Source: Chiloscyllium plagiosum
Taxonomy: Eukaryota
NCBI RefSeq assembly: GCF_004010195.1
Contig: NW_025215370.1
Span: 28,948 to 92,947, forward strand
Length of the DNA stretch: 64,000 nucleotides
Direction: 5' to 3'
Shown: positions 12,380 to 24,760 of the stretch, one piece after another
Numbering within the stretch: the first letter of the stretch is position 1
Layout: the number at the start of each line of letters is the position of its first letter
Position numbers and translations under genes: made by a program
The notes under the pieces: model-generated
Told to the model about the DNA's origin: nothing
Database searches by the model: none
The model's input: the letters and a program-made list of their open reading frames with translations, nothing else

Positions 12380-12790
12380 ACTTCAAACTATTTGCAGTGT
12401 GAAAAAGATTTTCTCACATCACACGCACCTTGTTTACAAACCACTAAATGTGCACCCTCTCGTTCTTGATCCTTTTACAAACAGGAAGTGTAATCTGGAT
12501 CCTCTCAAGTTTTGAAATAAAGTTCTCAACAAAATCTCCTTTCAACCTTCTTTTCTTCAAAGACAGGAGTCTCAACTTCCCCAATCTTCTCTCATAACTG
12601 AAGGTCATTATCCATGAAAAATTTCTTGTAAACACCTCCTGCACTCACCTCTTTCCTGTAGCGTGACGCCCAGAACTCTACACTGTACTCCAGCTGAGGT
12701 TGAAGCAGCGTTCTGTACAGGTTCAGTAGAACTTTCCTGCTACTGTACTCTATCCCCTTCTTTACAAAGCCTAGATACTGCATTCTTTCT
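12380..12790 (-). mobile_element. CR1 LINE 3' fragment
   Basis: Minus translations GIEYSSRKVLLNLYRTLLQPQLEYSVEFW and SYERRLGKLRLLSLKKRRLKGD. Confidence 0.85.
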
Positions 12791-13550
12791 TAAATTCACT
12801 CTCACCTCTACCACCTTTAATGACTTATACACAAACACCAAGCTCTTTATATTGCTGCACAGCCTACATTTTATGGGTGACCTGTTTGAGTTTCAAATTC
12901 CACATTATTTTTGATTCCCTGCCTCACAAGAATCTGTCAATCTCAAACTTAAAAAGGCCATCTATGGCAGAGATTCAAAGTCGCACAGCCCTGAGAGGGA
13001 AAAATAAACTCACCTCTGGCATAATAGAACAACCCAGAAGCAGTGCCCCCTGGTTGCACAGGAGGAACCATCACTTTCAGATCCACTTTGCTCGAGACCA
13101 CTCAAGATCTTACATATTCCAACCAAGTCATCACTCACTCTTCTAAACCACAGCCTGTCCAATCTCACCTTGGAATGCAACCCGTTCACTCCAGCTATCA
13201 ATCCAGTAAATATTTTTCTAATCCCTTGAACACATACATTCCTCTTTAAATGAGATGACCAAAACTACACATGGATTTGAGAAGTGACCTTGCAATGCTC
13301 TGTATAAATAAAACAAAGACTCCGAACTTGTGTGTGTAATAAATGCTGATAAAGGATTGTGGCTCTCATCAAGTCTCAGTTACCAGTTGAAGCTGAGCAC
13401 TAACTCTGTTAACTCCTGCTCTGAAGTACTGAGATTTCTCTGCACCATGGAATACTGCAGTTGTTCTCCGTTTAAGTCACATTCTGATTTTTAATTCTTC
13501 TTGACAAACAACTTTAGCTATACCCACGCCATACTCAGATGTATAATGTC

Positions 13551-14410
13551 AGATTATTAGATTAGATTAGATTACTTACTTACAGTGTGGAAACAAGCCC
13601 TTCGGCCCAACAGGTCCACACCGCCCGCCGAAGCGCAACCCACCCATACCCCTACAGTTACCCCTTACCTAACACTATGGGCAATTTAGCATGGCCAATT
13701 CACCTGACCTGCACATCTTTGGACTGTGGGAGGAAACCGNNNNNNNNNNNNNNNNNNNNNNNNNNNNNNNNNNNNNNNNNNNNNNNNNNNNNNNNNNNNN
13801 NNNNNNNNNNNNNNNNNNNNNNNNNNNNNNNNNNNNNNNNNNNNNNNNNNNNNNNNNNNNNNNNNNNNNNNNNNNNNNNNNNNNNNNNNNNNNNNNNTTT
13901 AGCATGGCCAATCCACCCTGACCTGCACATCCCTGGGCACTACGGGACAATTTAGCATGGCCAATCCACCCTAACCTGCACATCCCTGGGCACTACGGAA
14001 CAATTTAGCACGGCCAATCCACCCTAACCTGCACACTCCTGGGCACTACGGGACAATTTAGCTTGGCCAATCCACCCTAACCTGCACATCCCTGGGCACT
14101 ACGGGACAATTTAGCTTGGCGAATCCACCCTAATCTGCACATCCCTGGGCACTACGGGACAATTTAGCATGGCCAATCCACCCTAACCTGCACATCCCTG
14201 GGCACTACGGGACAATTTAGCATGGTCAATCCACTCTAGCCTGCACACACCTGGGCACTACAGGACAATTTAGCATGGCCAATCCACCCTAACCTGTGGG
14301 ATGAAACCCACACAGAAACGAGGGAGAACGTGCAAACTCCACACACAGGCTGAAATTGAACCCATGTCCCTGGCGCTATGAGGCAACAGTGCTAACCACT
14401 GAGCCACCCT
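13551..14410 (-). mobile_element. HE1-type V-SINE with internal 53-bp tandem expansion (contains an N gap)
   Basis: Head ggtggctcagtggttagcactg...gggttcaattt near 14350-14410; 53-bp units at 13944, 13997, 14050 etc.; (TAATC)n tail at 13551-13575. Confidence 0.85.
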
Positions 14411-15073
14411 GAATACAAACTACAAAAAGCTTCAGGACTTATCACATCATGCCAAAGAAAAACAGGAAATAAAGGTTTCTTTGTAAACAAGAAAAAAATG
14501 TGGCAAATCTCCCCACAAAAAATCAGCAAGATTCCACTCTAAGGCCTGATCGCATTTCCAGCCTCAGTCAATTTGGGGTGGAAGAGCTGGCCTGCAGAAG
14601 CCAGAGTTGAAAAGTGGGCAAAAGTCTCCCTCCCCAAACCAGTGACCCAATGGGACAAGAAAGACTTGCTTTATAAAATGCTTTGCAGCACCTCAACCTC
14701 TGAATGTTGGCACAGCAAGCTCCCAAAAGCAGCACTGAGTTATGCACAAGACCCACTGCTCAGCTTCCATCAATCACATGGTCAGCAGGGCTCACTGTAT
14801 AGCAAGTTACGATAGGAAAGAGATCAGCAAAGAAGTGTAATTAAGCCAGACTCAACCAGACGCACATGAACATGCTCAAAAGCATTCAGAAACCAGCATG
14901 TATCTGATGCTAGATAACGTGTACTACTCTGACAGTGTGTTCCTTCCTTGGTTCTATCTGGACTCCACTCGTGAGTCCAGGAGTCACACCTCCCATCAAT
15001 GCGACCTCTGGCTACACAAAAGAAACCTGCAGTGAACTTCAAAAGACTCCATGCCACACATAAGATCCAGAAT

Positions 15074-15543
15074 TAGTGAGTTTTGAGAAGATTTGTAGCT
15101 CAGGTTGAGGTTCTAGATGTAGGTTTGCTCGCTGAGCTGGAAGGTTCATTCCCAGATGTTTTGTCTCCCTACTAGGTAACATCTTCAGTGGGCCCCTCAG
15201 TCAAAGCACTGTCGATAATTCCTGCTTTGTATTTATATGTTTGGGTTTGTTTTGGTTGGTGATGTCATTTCCGGTGATGTCACTTCCTGTTCTTTTTCTC
15301 GGGGGGTGGCAAGTGGGGTCTAACTCGATGTGCTTGTCGAGTTAGACACCACCTACCACCCCTTGAGAAAAACAGAAAGCGACATCACCACGAGATGACA
15401 TCACCAACCAAAAGAAACCCAAACATAGATATAGAGCAGGAATTATCGGCAGTGCTTTGACTGAGGCCCACTGAAGATGTTACCTAGTAGGGTGACGAAA
15501 TGTATGGAAATGAACCTCAACGAGCAAACCTACATCCAGAAGT
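15074..15543. mobile_element. Penelope-like element remnant forming a ~430-nt inverted repeat; TSD TCCAGAAT
   Basis: Arms ~15113-15329 and ~15338-15541 are reverse complements; TCCAGAAT at 15066-15073 and 15544-15551; hammerhead-like motif at 15468-15507. Confidence 0.75.
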
Positions 15544-16329
15544 TCCAGAATGTAATACTCGACAATACAGACAGATCCCTCAGTTACAAAACACATCAAC
15601 AGAATGTAAATACAGTTGAAAATTAATGAGCTAGGTCTCTGGATTTTGTTGTGCCACATGGCAAGCTTTCATTTTTATTCTGTAAATCAAGGAGATCTGT
15701 GATTTTTGATTTGAAACTCTGATAATTGCAAAAATCTTTTCATTATCTACTTTCCTTTGTTTTAATGTCAGTCCATAACTGTACTTTGAATGATTACTGG
15801 TTTGATTTGTATTTATTTTAATTAAACACGTTATGACGCACCTTGGAGGGCAGATGGGACTGGAACCAAAGTTTCTGACCCAGAGGCAGGGACACTACCA
15901 CCACAGCGCAAGAGCCCTTATAAGAACAGAGTTGAAAACATCACAGGCATTGATCCCTTTACTCCACTCAATTCCTGCGGTCAGTAACTGTCCTTTGATT
16001 TTATCGACCTGTTTAGATGTCCTATGACTTATGACACATCGATGGCCATAACATGCTGAGGCTGAACTTGAACTGGGCCTTCTACGCCAGAAGTAGGAAC
16101 AATACCCGAGCCAGAAGACCGCTCCTAACTTTACCTGCATAAATGTCGCCATGATGAACGTTCAAGTAAACTAAACCAATCACCTGTCAAACAATCTGAT
16201 TACCTGCTTTAGGGGATAAATACCAGACAGGGCTCTACAGAAACTAATCCAATGTCCTGGCAGCAGAACAATGTTATTTTCTTTTTAAGCTGTCCCTCTC
16301 TAAATTCCCTTGAACTAAAAGGGTCCTTG

Positions 16330-16830
16330 GCTATTTCAGAGTGAATTGACAACACTCGACTGGCTGGGAATGCATGCTGCAAGGAGGATGCTAGAAGGCT
16401 GCAAGGAGACTTGAACTGGCAAAGTGAATGGGCTACAACAGCAAATGGAATGGAATGTAGCTAAGTGTGATGGGTACAAACAAAGGCAGAATATTTCTTA
16501 AAGGGTGAGAGTTTGGGATGTATGGGTGCCTGAACAGACCTGAGTGTCCGTCCCGTGAATCACTAAAGGCTAATCTGTAGGTGAGGCAAAGCGAGGATGA
16601 GGTTCGCTGACCTTTAGAGAATTGGAGTACAGAAATAAAGCGGTCTTCCTGCATTTGTATAGCACCCTAGTGAGACCTCACCTGGGTGTCATGTACTGTT
16701 CTCTCTTCTTATCTAAGATAAGATATAGTGGCCACAGAGGGAGTGCAATGGAGGTTCACCAGATTAACACTTGGGATCACCTCATGACAAGAGACTGAGA
16801 AGACAGGCCCTGCATGCAGAAATTCAGGGT
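16330..16830 (+). mobile_element. Decayed CR1 ORF2 fragment
   Basis: Degenerate D.RRLQGDL..L.EWA..QME and LHLYSTLVRPHL motifs. Confidence 0.7.
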
Positions 16831-16859
16831 CTGCAGAAATTCAAATTCAAAATTCTGGC

Positions 16860-17170
16860 AGCACCTTCAAAACCCACAATCACTTCCATTGAGGATGACT
16901 AGAGCAACTGATACAGGCTAGTTCCCCTCTCCACCCTGACCTGGAAATCCGTCACTGGGTCAAAATCCTGGAAATCCCTCCTGAAGGGCACTGCGGGTCG
17001 ACTCACAGCAGGTGGTCCAAAAAGGCAGCTCACCACCTGCTGAGAGTCGACCCGCAGTGCCCTTCAGGAGGGATTTCCAGGATTTTGACCCAGTGACGGA
17101 TTTCCAAGGGCAACTAGGGACAAGCAATAAATGCTGGCTCAGGCACTGATGCTCACACCCCACACATGAC
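16860..17170 (+). mobile_element. L2/CR1-like LINE 3' tail containing a 75-bp inverted duplication
   Basis: Tail motifs gggtcaaaatcctggaa...aaggcagctcaccacc...aagggcaactaggga..gcaataaatgctggc; arms 16942-17016 and 17032-17106. Confidence 0.7.
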
Positions 17171-17589
17171 TTTTTAAAAATTCCACAGAGTCATAGCCCA
17201 GACTCTATGGTCCGAAGGGCTTTAGAATTGTGCCATACAATTCAGTTTCAAAGAACGATGGGTGACTTCATCGAAACATAAAATTCTTCACGGCATGATA
17301 GGGTGGATATCGATAGGATGTTTCCCCAGGCTGGTGACAATAAAACCAGGTACAGGCCGTTCGAGAGAGATACGGAGGAATTTCTTCACAGAAGTTGATG
17401 AGTCTGTGGAAGTTTCTACCCTAGAGTGCTGTGGACGCCCAGTCACGGAACAGGTTCTAGATGGAGACAGTCAATGACATCGAGGGAAACGGGGATTGTG
17501 TGGGCAAGTGACAGTGTGGTTGATGAATAGCCATACATCATGGTGAAGATGAGTGAGAAACCTTTAAAATTCAGCTGAGGATAACTTAA

Positions 17590-18530
17590 AAAAAAAGCAC
17601 TTTCGGGGGAGAAGATTAAATTTGACAGTAAGCTAGTTAGTAAAATAAAGGAAGATTGCAAGAGTTTTTAAGACAGATAAAAAAAGGTGAGAGAGAGGCA
17701 AGTGTGGACATTGGAAAACAAGACTGCAGAAGTAGCAATTGGGAACAAAGATGGACAGAGAAAGAGTCCGCAGAAGGACTTGGACAGACAGGCTAGGAGA
17801 GTGGGCAAATAAGTGGCAGATGGAACACAATGTGGGAAAGTGCGAGGTTGTAAATTTTGGTCAGGAGAGGTGTAGACTATTTTCCAAATGGGGAAAGTCT
17901 TCAGAAATCTGATGGACAAAGGGATTTGGGAGTCCTGGTTCAGGGTTCTCTTAAGGTTAGCATGCAGGTTGGCTAGCAGTTAGGATAAAGTCAAACATCA
18001 TGTTAGCATTTATTTCAAGACAGCTCAATTACAAAAGCAGAGATGTACTGCTGACATTGCACAAGGCTTTGGTCAGACTGCATTTGGAATATGGTTTTGA
18101 GCCCCATATCCAAAGAGGTATGTCCTGGCATTGGAGGGGGTCCCAGAGGATGTTTACAAGAATGATCCCGGGGATAAAGTTGGCTCGCCATATGAGAAGC
18201 TATTGAGGGCTCTGGATCCGTACTCAATGGAGCTTAGAAGGATGAAGAAGGGGATCTCACTGAAACTCATAGAATAGTCAGAGGCCTGAATAGAGTAACT
18301 GTGGAGATGTTTCCACCAGTAGAAGACTAGGACCTGAGGGCACAGCTCAGAGTGAAGAGACAACCCTTTAAAACTGATATGAGGAATTTCTTCAGCCAGA
18401 GGGTGGGGAGTTAATCTGTGGAACTTGTTGCCACAGAGGGCTGGAGAGGCGAAGTCATTTAATTTATTTAAGATAGAGATGGATATGGCTCTTCATTGGT
18501 GGGGTTGAGAAACATATCAGCCTTGATCGA
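17590..18530 (+). mobile_element. CR1 ORF2 3' part with internal deletion
   Basis: MLAFISRQLNYKSRDVLLTLHKALVRLHLEY, RRMK.GDL.E and NFFSQRV motifs. Confidence 0.85.
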
Positions 18531-18545
18531 ATTCTGTTCCTATAT

Positions 18546-18782
18546 TCAAAGTTTGGGAGAAGATTTGTAGCTCGGGTGCCCGTTGTTGTGGTTCTGCTCG
18601 CCGAGCTGGGAATTTGTGTTGCAGACGTTTCGTCCCCTGGACAGCTGGAACTGACAACCAGAAGCGACAGATTCAAACCACTACAAATGCCGGAGGAAAG
18701 ATCACAGAAGCGCTTCACAGGAGGCTCCCAAGCACTGAGGATGTCACCTAGACAGGGGATGAAACGTCTGCAACACAAATTC
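18546..18782. mobile_element. Short Penelope-like element (inverted 3' terminus plus direct 3' segment), 13-bp TSD
   Basis: TCTGTTCCTATAT at 18533-18545 and 18783-18795; same 5' motif gagaagatttgtagctc as the 15074 element; internal inverted pair gttgcagacgtttcgtcccctg / caggggatgaaacgtctgcaac. Confidence 0.8.
18732..18771 (+). ncRNA. Minimal type I hammerhead ribozyme motif (Penelope-associated)
   Basis: GCA-CUGAGGA-U-GUCACCU(AGAC)AGGGGAU-GAAA-C-GUC-UGC: conserved core CUGANGA...GAAA, stem II hairpin, GUC cleavage triplet, stem I GCA/UGC. Confidence 0.65.
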
Positions 18783-20379
18783 TCTGTTCCTATATCGTCC
18801 GTTCTTATGATCTAATTGAATGGCAGAGTTGACCCAATGGGCTGAATAGCCTACTCTTTTTTACTTACCTTTGAATATCATCAGCTACATAATGGGTTTG
18901 GGTCACATATGGGGCTAGTCTGGGTAAGGACGGCAACAGGGAACATAATGGGGATTTTAACCACAATGATGGTTGTCACGGTCACCATCACTGAGACCGG
19001 TCTCCAATTCGAGATTTCACTCACAGTAAAATTCCACCAGCTGCTGGGGTGTTGTGTACACCCAGGTCTCCAGAGAATTTGGGTACAAGCCCAGTGACGG
19101 TAACCTTCCTCAAGTCAAGTAACCTTTCAAACTCCAGTTCAGTGTTTAGACAGGACCTTTGGGTTAGCGTTTAACTTGGAAGCTGACACCTCCGATGGTG
19201 CTGAACTCTCTGGCTATTGCAGTGGCCTGCATCACATTCTCACAAGTGACTGAGAGGCACGAGTGCAATGTACTGTGCTACAGCTAGAGAAAGGCATCTA
19301 ATAATGAAAACACAGAAGGAAAAGAAAAAGCCCGAGTCTGCTCTATGCCAATTGAAATGGACAGGCATGATGGGGACTATGAGTGGGTAACAAAATGACT
19401 GGCATGGAGCTGGTTCCATTATATATGTGTGCGCATGTCTGTGCGGGTGTTGGGAGAGGGTCATACAACAGAAATTGACAACTGTTCAAGTGTGGATGGC
19501 TATGCCAACTGTTGGCACTTCAAACTAACATGTTAGCTCCTGGTCTAGGGCTCCAGAATGGTACAGTCATCACAAGAGTATTGTTTTACCATCATGCTTT
19601 CATCCAACCCCACGGTTCAAACTTGAAACTGCATCCCTCCCTAGTCCCAGGTGCACTATGAACATCACACGGTCATACACTGCGTTCACATAAAGTCGTC
19701 CAACAAATTGAACAAGATTAGTTAATCACTGCCCGGAGCTTGAATGGTTCCAATTCAGACAATGACACACGAAGAAGGGAACAGGAGTAACCATGAACTG
19801 AGCGCACACTCAGCACATTTTATTTAAAAGAAAACCCTGGACTGCAAAATCAATTCTCTGTTTCAAACCAAAGGGAACAGCACTTTGAATTTTGACAACT
19901 GAATCAAAAATAGGATCTAAGGAGCACCTCAGTCGTGCCGAAAGAGAATTTGGCAGTATTTTTTAAAAATTAGATTCAATCAGCAGCAGATGGCACTTGA
20001 TTGGATAGGACTGAGATGAAAACAGTATCAAAGGACCACGAGGCCATTCAGCCCCTTGAGATTGTTCTGTCATTCAACCAGATCATAGCTATTCTATATT
20101 TTAACCCCATCTGCTCGCCTTGTATAGCATCTGAACCGACAAAAGTTTATTGTTAGCAGCTTTGAAATTTCCAACTGACATCCCCATCACCTCAGCTTTG
20201 TCACAGGTGGGAGTCCCAGATATCCACTCCCACTGGCGCAAGGAAGTGCTTTCTGTCACCCACCCTGACCGGCCTGGCTCACACTTGTAAGCTGTAAAAA
20301 CGTCTACAGCTTTTTTTTTAAAAAACCATCTGGTTCAGGGGTCTCAAGGTTTATTACACTCACGGGCTGCTGTTTGGAA

Positions 20380-20730
20380 CTGCACAAACTGTGCTCAATG
20401 AGATAGACCACTGCTTGCCTGGAATGAAAGGGACAGTTCACAAAGATCCACGGGTGATGAAGTGGCTCAGACAGCAGAAAGGGCATCCCACTTGATGGTC
20501 CGGATCCCTGCAATGCCACTTGCTTCTCCGAGTCTCAGTCTCTACCCAGCCACACTCTGAAACTGGTCAATGCCCCAGAGAGGAACAAACAGGGCGTGTA
20601 CTTGGGGTAGATGAGGACTTCAGGGCAGACAGATCAAACGTCACCATGCTCCTTCCAAGTCTCACTCAGACAGGCACGTAAACCCATCCTCGAGGAGCTG
20701 ATCAACATTTGTGAACTTCACCACCTGACA
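20380..20730 (+). mobile_element. Possible very old L2/CR1-like endonuclease-region remnant
   Basis: Weak nucleotide resemblance to a remembered shark LINE APE region; no clean ORF. Confidence 0.3.
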
Positions 20731-23700
20731 GGAAGGTCATCGAGCTGCTGTGGCAGGAGCCGGCCCAATATTGCAGGGACAAACCAGCAAAGCAACCAGA
20801 TTTTACAGATAAACTCAATCAAGAAAGGGATCTGTCACTTGCACCAACCTCTGATATTTGCAGAGAAGGGACTGTGCTGAAGGGTGGAGGGGGGGTTCTG
20901 GAGCAGAGGAACTGTCTTACAATGCATGGAAAACAAACCCTCACGTGAGAGCTCTCAGGACAGGAATCCCTGCATGACGCTACTGTGGGAATGACCAGCT
21001 GAAATATCACATCCAAGAGCTGGCAGCGGGTACTCAGACATCCATGTGCAGAGGGGATACAGGGTGAACAAGTCTCAGTGCACTGGGCTCAACAGCCTCC
21101 ATAGATCTGCTACTGGTCCCGTACCTTACACAGTTCCTTGCTTCAGGATTTCAATGCCATTCTGCCCAACACACAGGGGCAACCTAATTCTCCTGCAAAC
21201 ACACATTCCTTCAGCCGTGTGTGTATGGATTAACCGAAAACACAATCACAGTACCCGATCAATGCCCACCTAATCATCTCCCACTGATGCAAATGTACCG
21301 GGATAGGCAAAGCACATTCCTGCTCAGTGTGCAGAGCAGGAGCATCAGTCATTCACTGGACACTACATGACATTCTATGCATCGCAAAACTATTTTAGAA
21401 ACTGTAGAAATTAATACATCTTATCGTAAGGAGGAAGACATCGATAGTGAGCAATGTGCTGGTTCTGCACCATCACCACTTGATGTCTGAAAGATTCCAC
21501 AACAGTAAAAAGAAAACCAGAATGCGTAAGTTGCAGTTGCTGCATTTAAGTTCATTCATGGGACGTGGGCATCAACAACTGGGCCAGCATTTTCTGCCCA
21601 TAGGAGCTGCCTCTTGATCCGAGTGGCTTACTACGGCCATTTACAGAAGGCAGTTAAGAACCAACCACACTGCTGAGAATCTGGGGTCACGTGTAAATCA
21701 GACCGGATAAGACAGACAGAAAAGGCATGTGAACCAGCTGGGTTTTACAATGATAATCAACAGTGTCACCATTCGGTTAGCTCGATTCTACATTTTTATT
21801 GAGCTCAAAGTATCATATTGTGCCACAGTGAGATTCAAACCCAGGGCCTAAGACACTCGCTTGGATTCTGGAATACTAATCCATTGATACTATCACAATG
21901 CCACTGCCTCCTGTTTAATTGTCTGTCTCAGATTTAAATTTGAAGAGTTTTGTTGGTGCTTCTTGTGGAGACGGAGTTATTTTGGGTCAGATAGAGGTTG
22001 TGATATCTGATTCCCTCCACAAATGAGGACCATGTCACTTTGTTCAGAACTCACCCTCTTTCTCGTTCCACTGATGCTGAGCATTTCCAGCATTGTGCAT
22101 TTTGGCACCTGCAGGCCTAGCCCAGTTTTTAATACATCCCTTGTGCCCCAAAATATATGCATGTGATACAGCATCTTCCCCAAAAGCAGTTTGCAGCCAA
22201 AATGCCTGCAAAATGCATGCAGTCATCATATAACAACCAACCTGCACACAGCAAGATTCAACAAATACAATGCAGCACTCCCTCAGCCCTGTTGAGAGCA
22301 CCAGTCTGGAGTTTTGTCAAGCTGGTGACTTGGGGACCTAACCTAACAGCGTTCGGACTTAGAAGTGAACCTCAGCTGATTTTTCAGTGGGGCCCAAGCA
22401 GTTGACACTGTTCAGGTTTGCTGCCTGACTGATCACTGGACACATCAGCATCACATTGTTACTGGCATGGTTTCACTCGAGGGGGCAAACGAGCAGACTG
22501 AGGGAGAAAACATTAACAGGGCAAAACAGAGCAAAGCCCACTGACTACTACCACTGTACGTTACTCAGGCTGTGATGAATGTTGGGGATGTGGTCACACT
22601 TCAGGTCTGGAACTTGAGCGTAGGTGTCAGACAGCAGCACAACTGCCAAGACAAGACAGAATTCTCTGAAAGGTGCTGCCCGAGAGTGCGGAGGAGGCAG
22701 GTTCTATCAAAGCTTTTGAGGGGAGATAGAATGCAACCCAAAAAATGAAGAGGACATGGGTTTACAGTGAGTAGCACAAACAGTGCACTGCTCATTCAGG
22801 AAGACAGTACAGATCCGATCACCTGCAATGTAAACATTCAGTGATGAACACCAGCACATACTGGAGTGACAGCTCTCTAAGGAGCCCTTATCATCAGACT
22901 TTCAGAAGAACACAAAGGCCATGGAGACTAGTCAGTGCTAGTCTAAAGTAAGGGATGTTTTCTACATACATTACAAGGCATTTTTCACTGGACTAAAAAC
23001 ATAAGATGCAAAGAATCAGTGATCAATGCGCAAAGTTATGAAGGGTGTCAAATTAAATATGGGGGCGGACAATTAGTAACTGGAGGCAATAAATTTAAAA
23101 CTCAGCACCATAGGATGGAAGAGTTCATATTTCTTGTGAGGAAGTGGTGTAAGCAATCACTTTGGAAGAGCAGATTAAACCCTGAAGCAGAATTCCAGGA
23201 AGGAGAGGATGGAGACAGAAAATGGGAGTTGTGGGGAGTGCTCAGAAATGTCAGGCCGACTGGGACTAGGATTGAGTGTGGATTTACATGCACAGGTGCT
23301 GAACTTCTAGACTTCGGCATTACTTGAAGCTACTCGGTGCTGCTGCTGATGCCTTTCCAACAAGCACAATCTGCTATTTTACCGACAGTGAACAATGCAC
23401 AGAAGGGTAGAGGTGAGTGTTGAAAAAGCACTTCATTCATACAATAAGATCTTAGTACTTTAATAACTGCATTTCTTCCAAAGCTCTCGAAAAGCTCACA
23501 CCTGAGCAAGAGATTTCATTTGAAGGATGTATCACTAGGACTGTCACAATGAGCCACACAAAAATAACAGCTTGTCAAAATTCTGAAAAAAAAAACAAAT
23601 CCCACTGACCTCACCTTCCACCATCCCCCCACTCTTCCCCCTCCTCCAAAACAGCACCACAAATTTTCCCCTTTGAGTATTTCTCCGATTTCTCTCCCCC

Positions 23701-24409
23701 ATCTTTTAAAAGTTCATGTTCCCACTGCCCTTTCAGGTAATATGCCCTGAATCACAATGACTCGCCATGTCAAAAAAATTCTCCTCAGTACCCGCCAATC
23801 TCCTCAATCCATGTTCCCCTCTGGTCACCAACCCACCCTGACAGAGGAAACAGTTTCGCCCTCATCCCCTTGATTGAAACGGCACACTTGAACAGCTCGA
23901 TGCAATCCTTCCCTTCACCTTCTCTGTTCTGAGATGAACAATCCCAGCATCTCCACAGGAATTAAAACCCCCTCATCCATGGTCTTGCTCTGGGAAATGT
24001 CCCTCCAGACCCTCTCTAAGGCTCAACATCCTTCTTAAAGTGTGACACTAGAACTGCACATGATCCTCACCCTGGGGCCTAACCTGAGAAAGATTTAGCC
24101 TAGCCTCCTCACATTTGGACTGTCTCTCTGCCAAGGATCTCAAAGTGTTTTTTTCAGAGTTTTTGTTTTGGAAACCTTGCCCTCCAACCTTCAAAAGATT
24201 CATGCTTGTCCATTCCAAGGTTCTTCTGTTCCTCAGGGTGCAGTTAATGCAGGATTTTAACTTTCACACAATTTATGGCCTGTACAAAATCTGGATATAA
24301 AGGTGGCGCAGAGATCTGACTGACTGCGTCACTGACAAAAATGCACATCAAACTGCTTTGTTTTGTTGGGAGAAGCTCTTCCTGGTCTTTCTAGTGCAAC
24401 TTTACCAGT

Positions 24410-24760
24410 GCTTAGAAACCTCTAAACTCTTAACAGGACTACACAGGGTAGACATTGGAAGGATGCCCCTGCTCAAAGAGTCCAGACCAGGGGCTCATAG
24501 TTTAAGGATACCGGGTAGGACTGATATGATGAGATATGTCTTCACCCAGAGAGTGGTGAACCTGTGGATTTCTAAGCCACAAAAAGCAGCTGAGACCAAA
24601 ACACAATGTTTTGGAAGACACAGTTGTTTGGGCTAAAGGGGTCAAAGGGTTTGGGTGAGAAAGTGGGAATAGGACACCGAGTTGGGATGATCAGCCATGA
24701 TCCTACTGAATAGCAGAACAGGCTCGAGCGGACCACTCCTGCTCCTGTTTTCTAAATTTC
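24410..24760 (+). mobile_element. CR1 3' end fragment
   Basis: ESRPGAHSLRI...MRYVFTQRVVNLW followed by a CR1 3' UTR. Confidence 0.8.

Noticed and set aside
13899..14295. Regular 32-53-bp repeats superficially like CRISPR arrays (also 28765-34050 and 37601-40140)
   Set aside because: Head-to-tail units with no unique spacers, no cas genes, vertebrate context.
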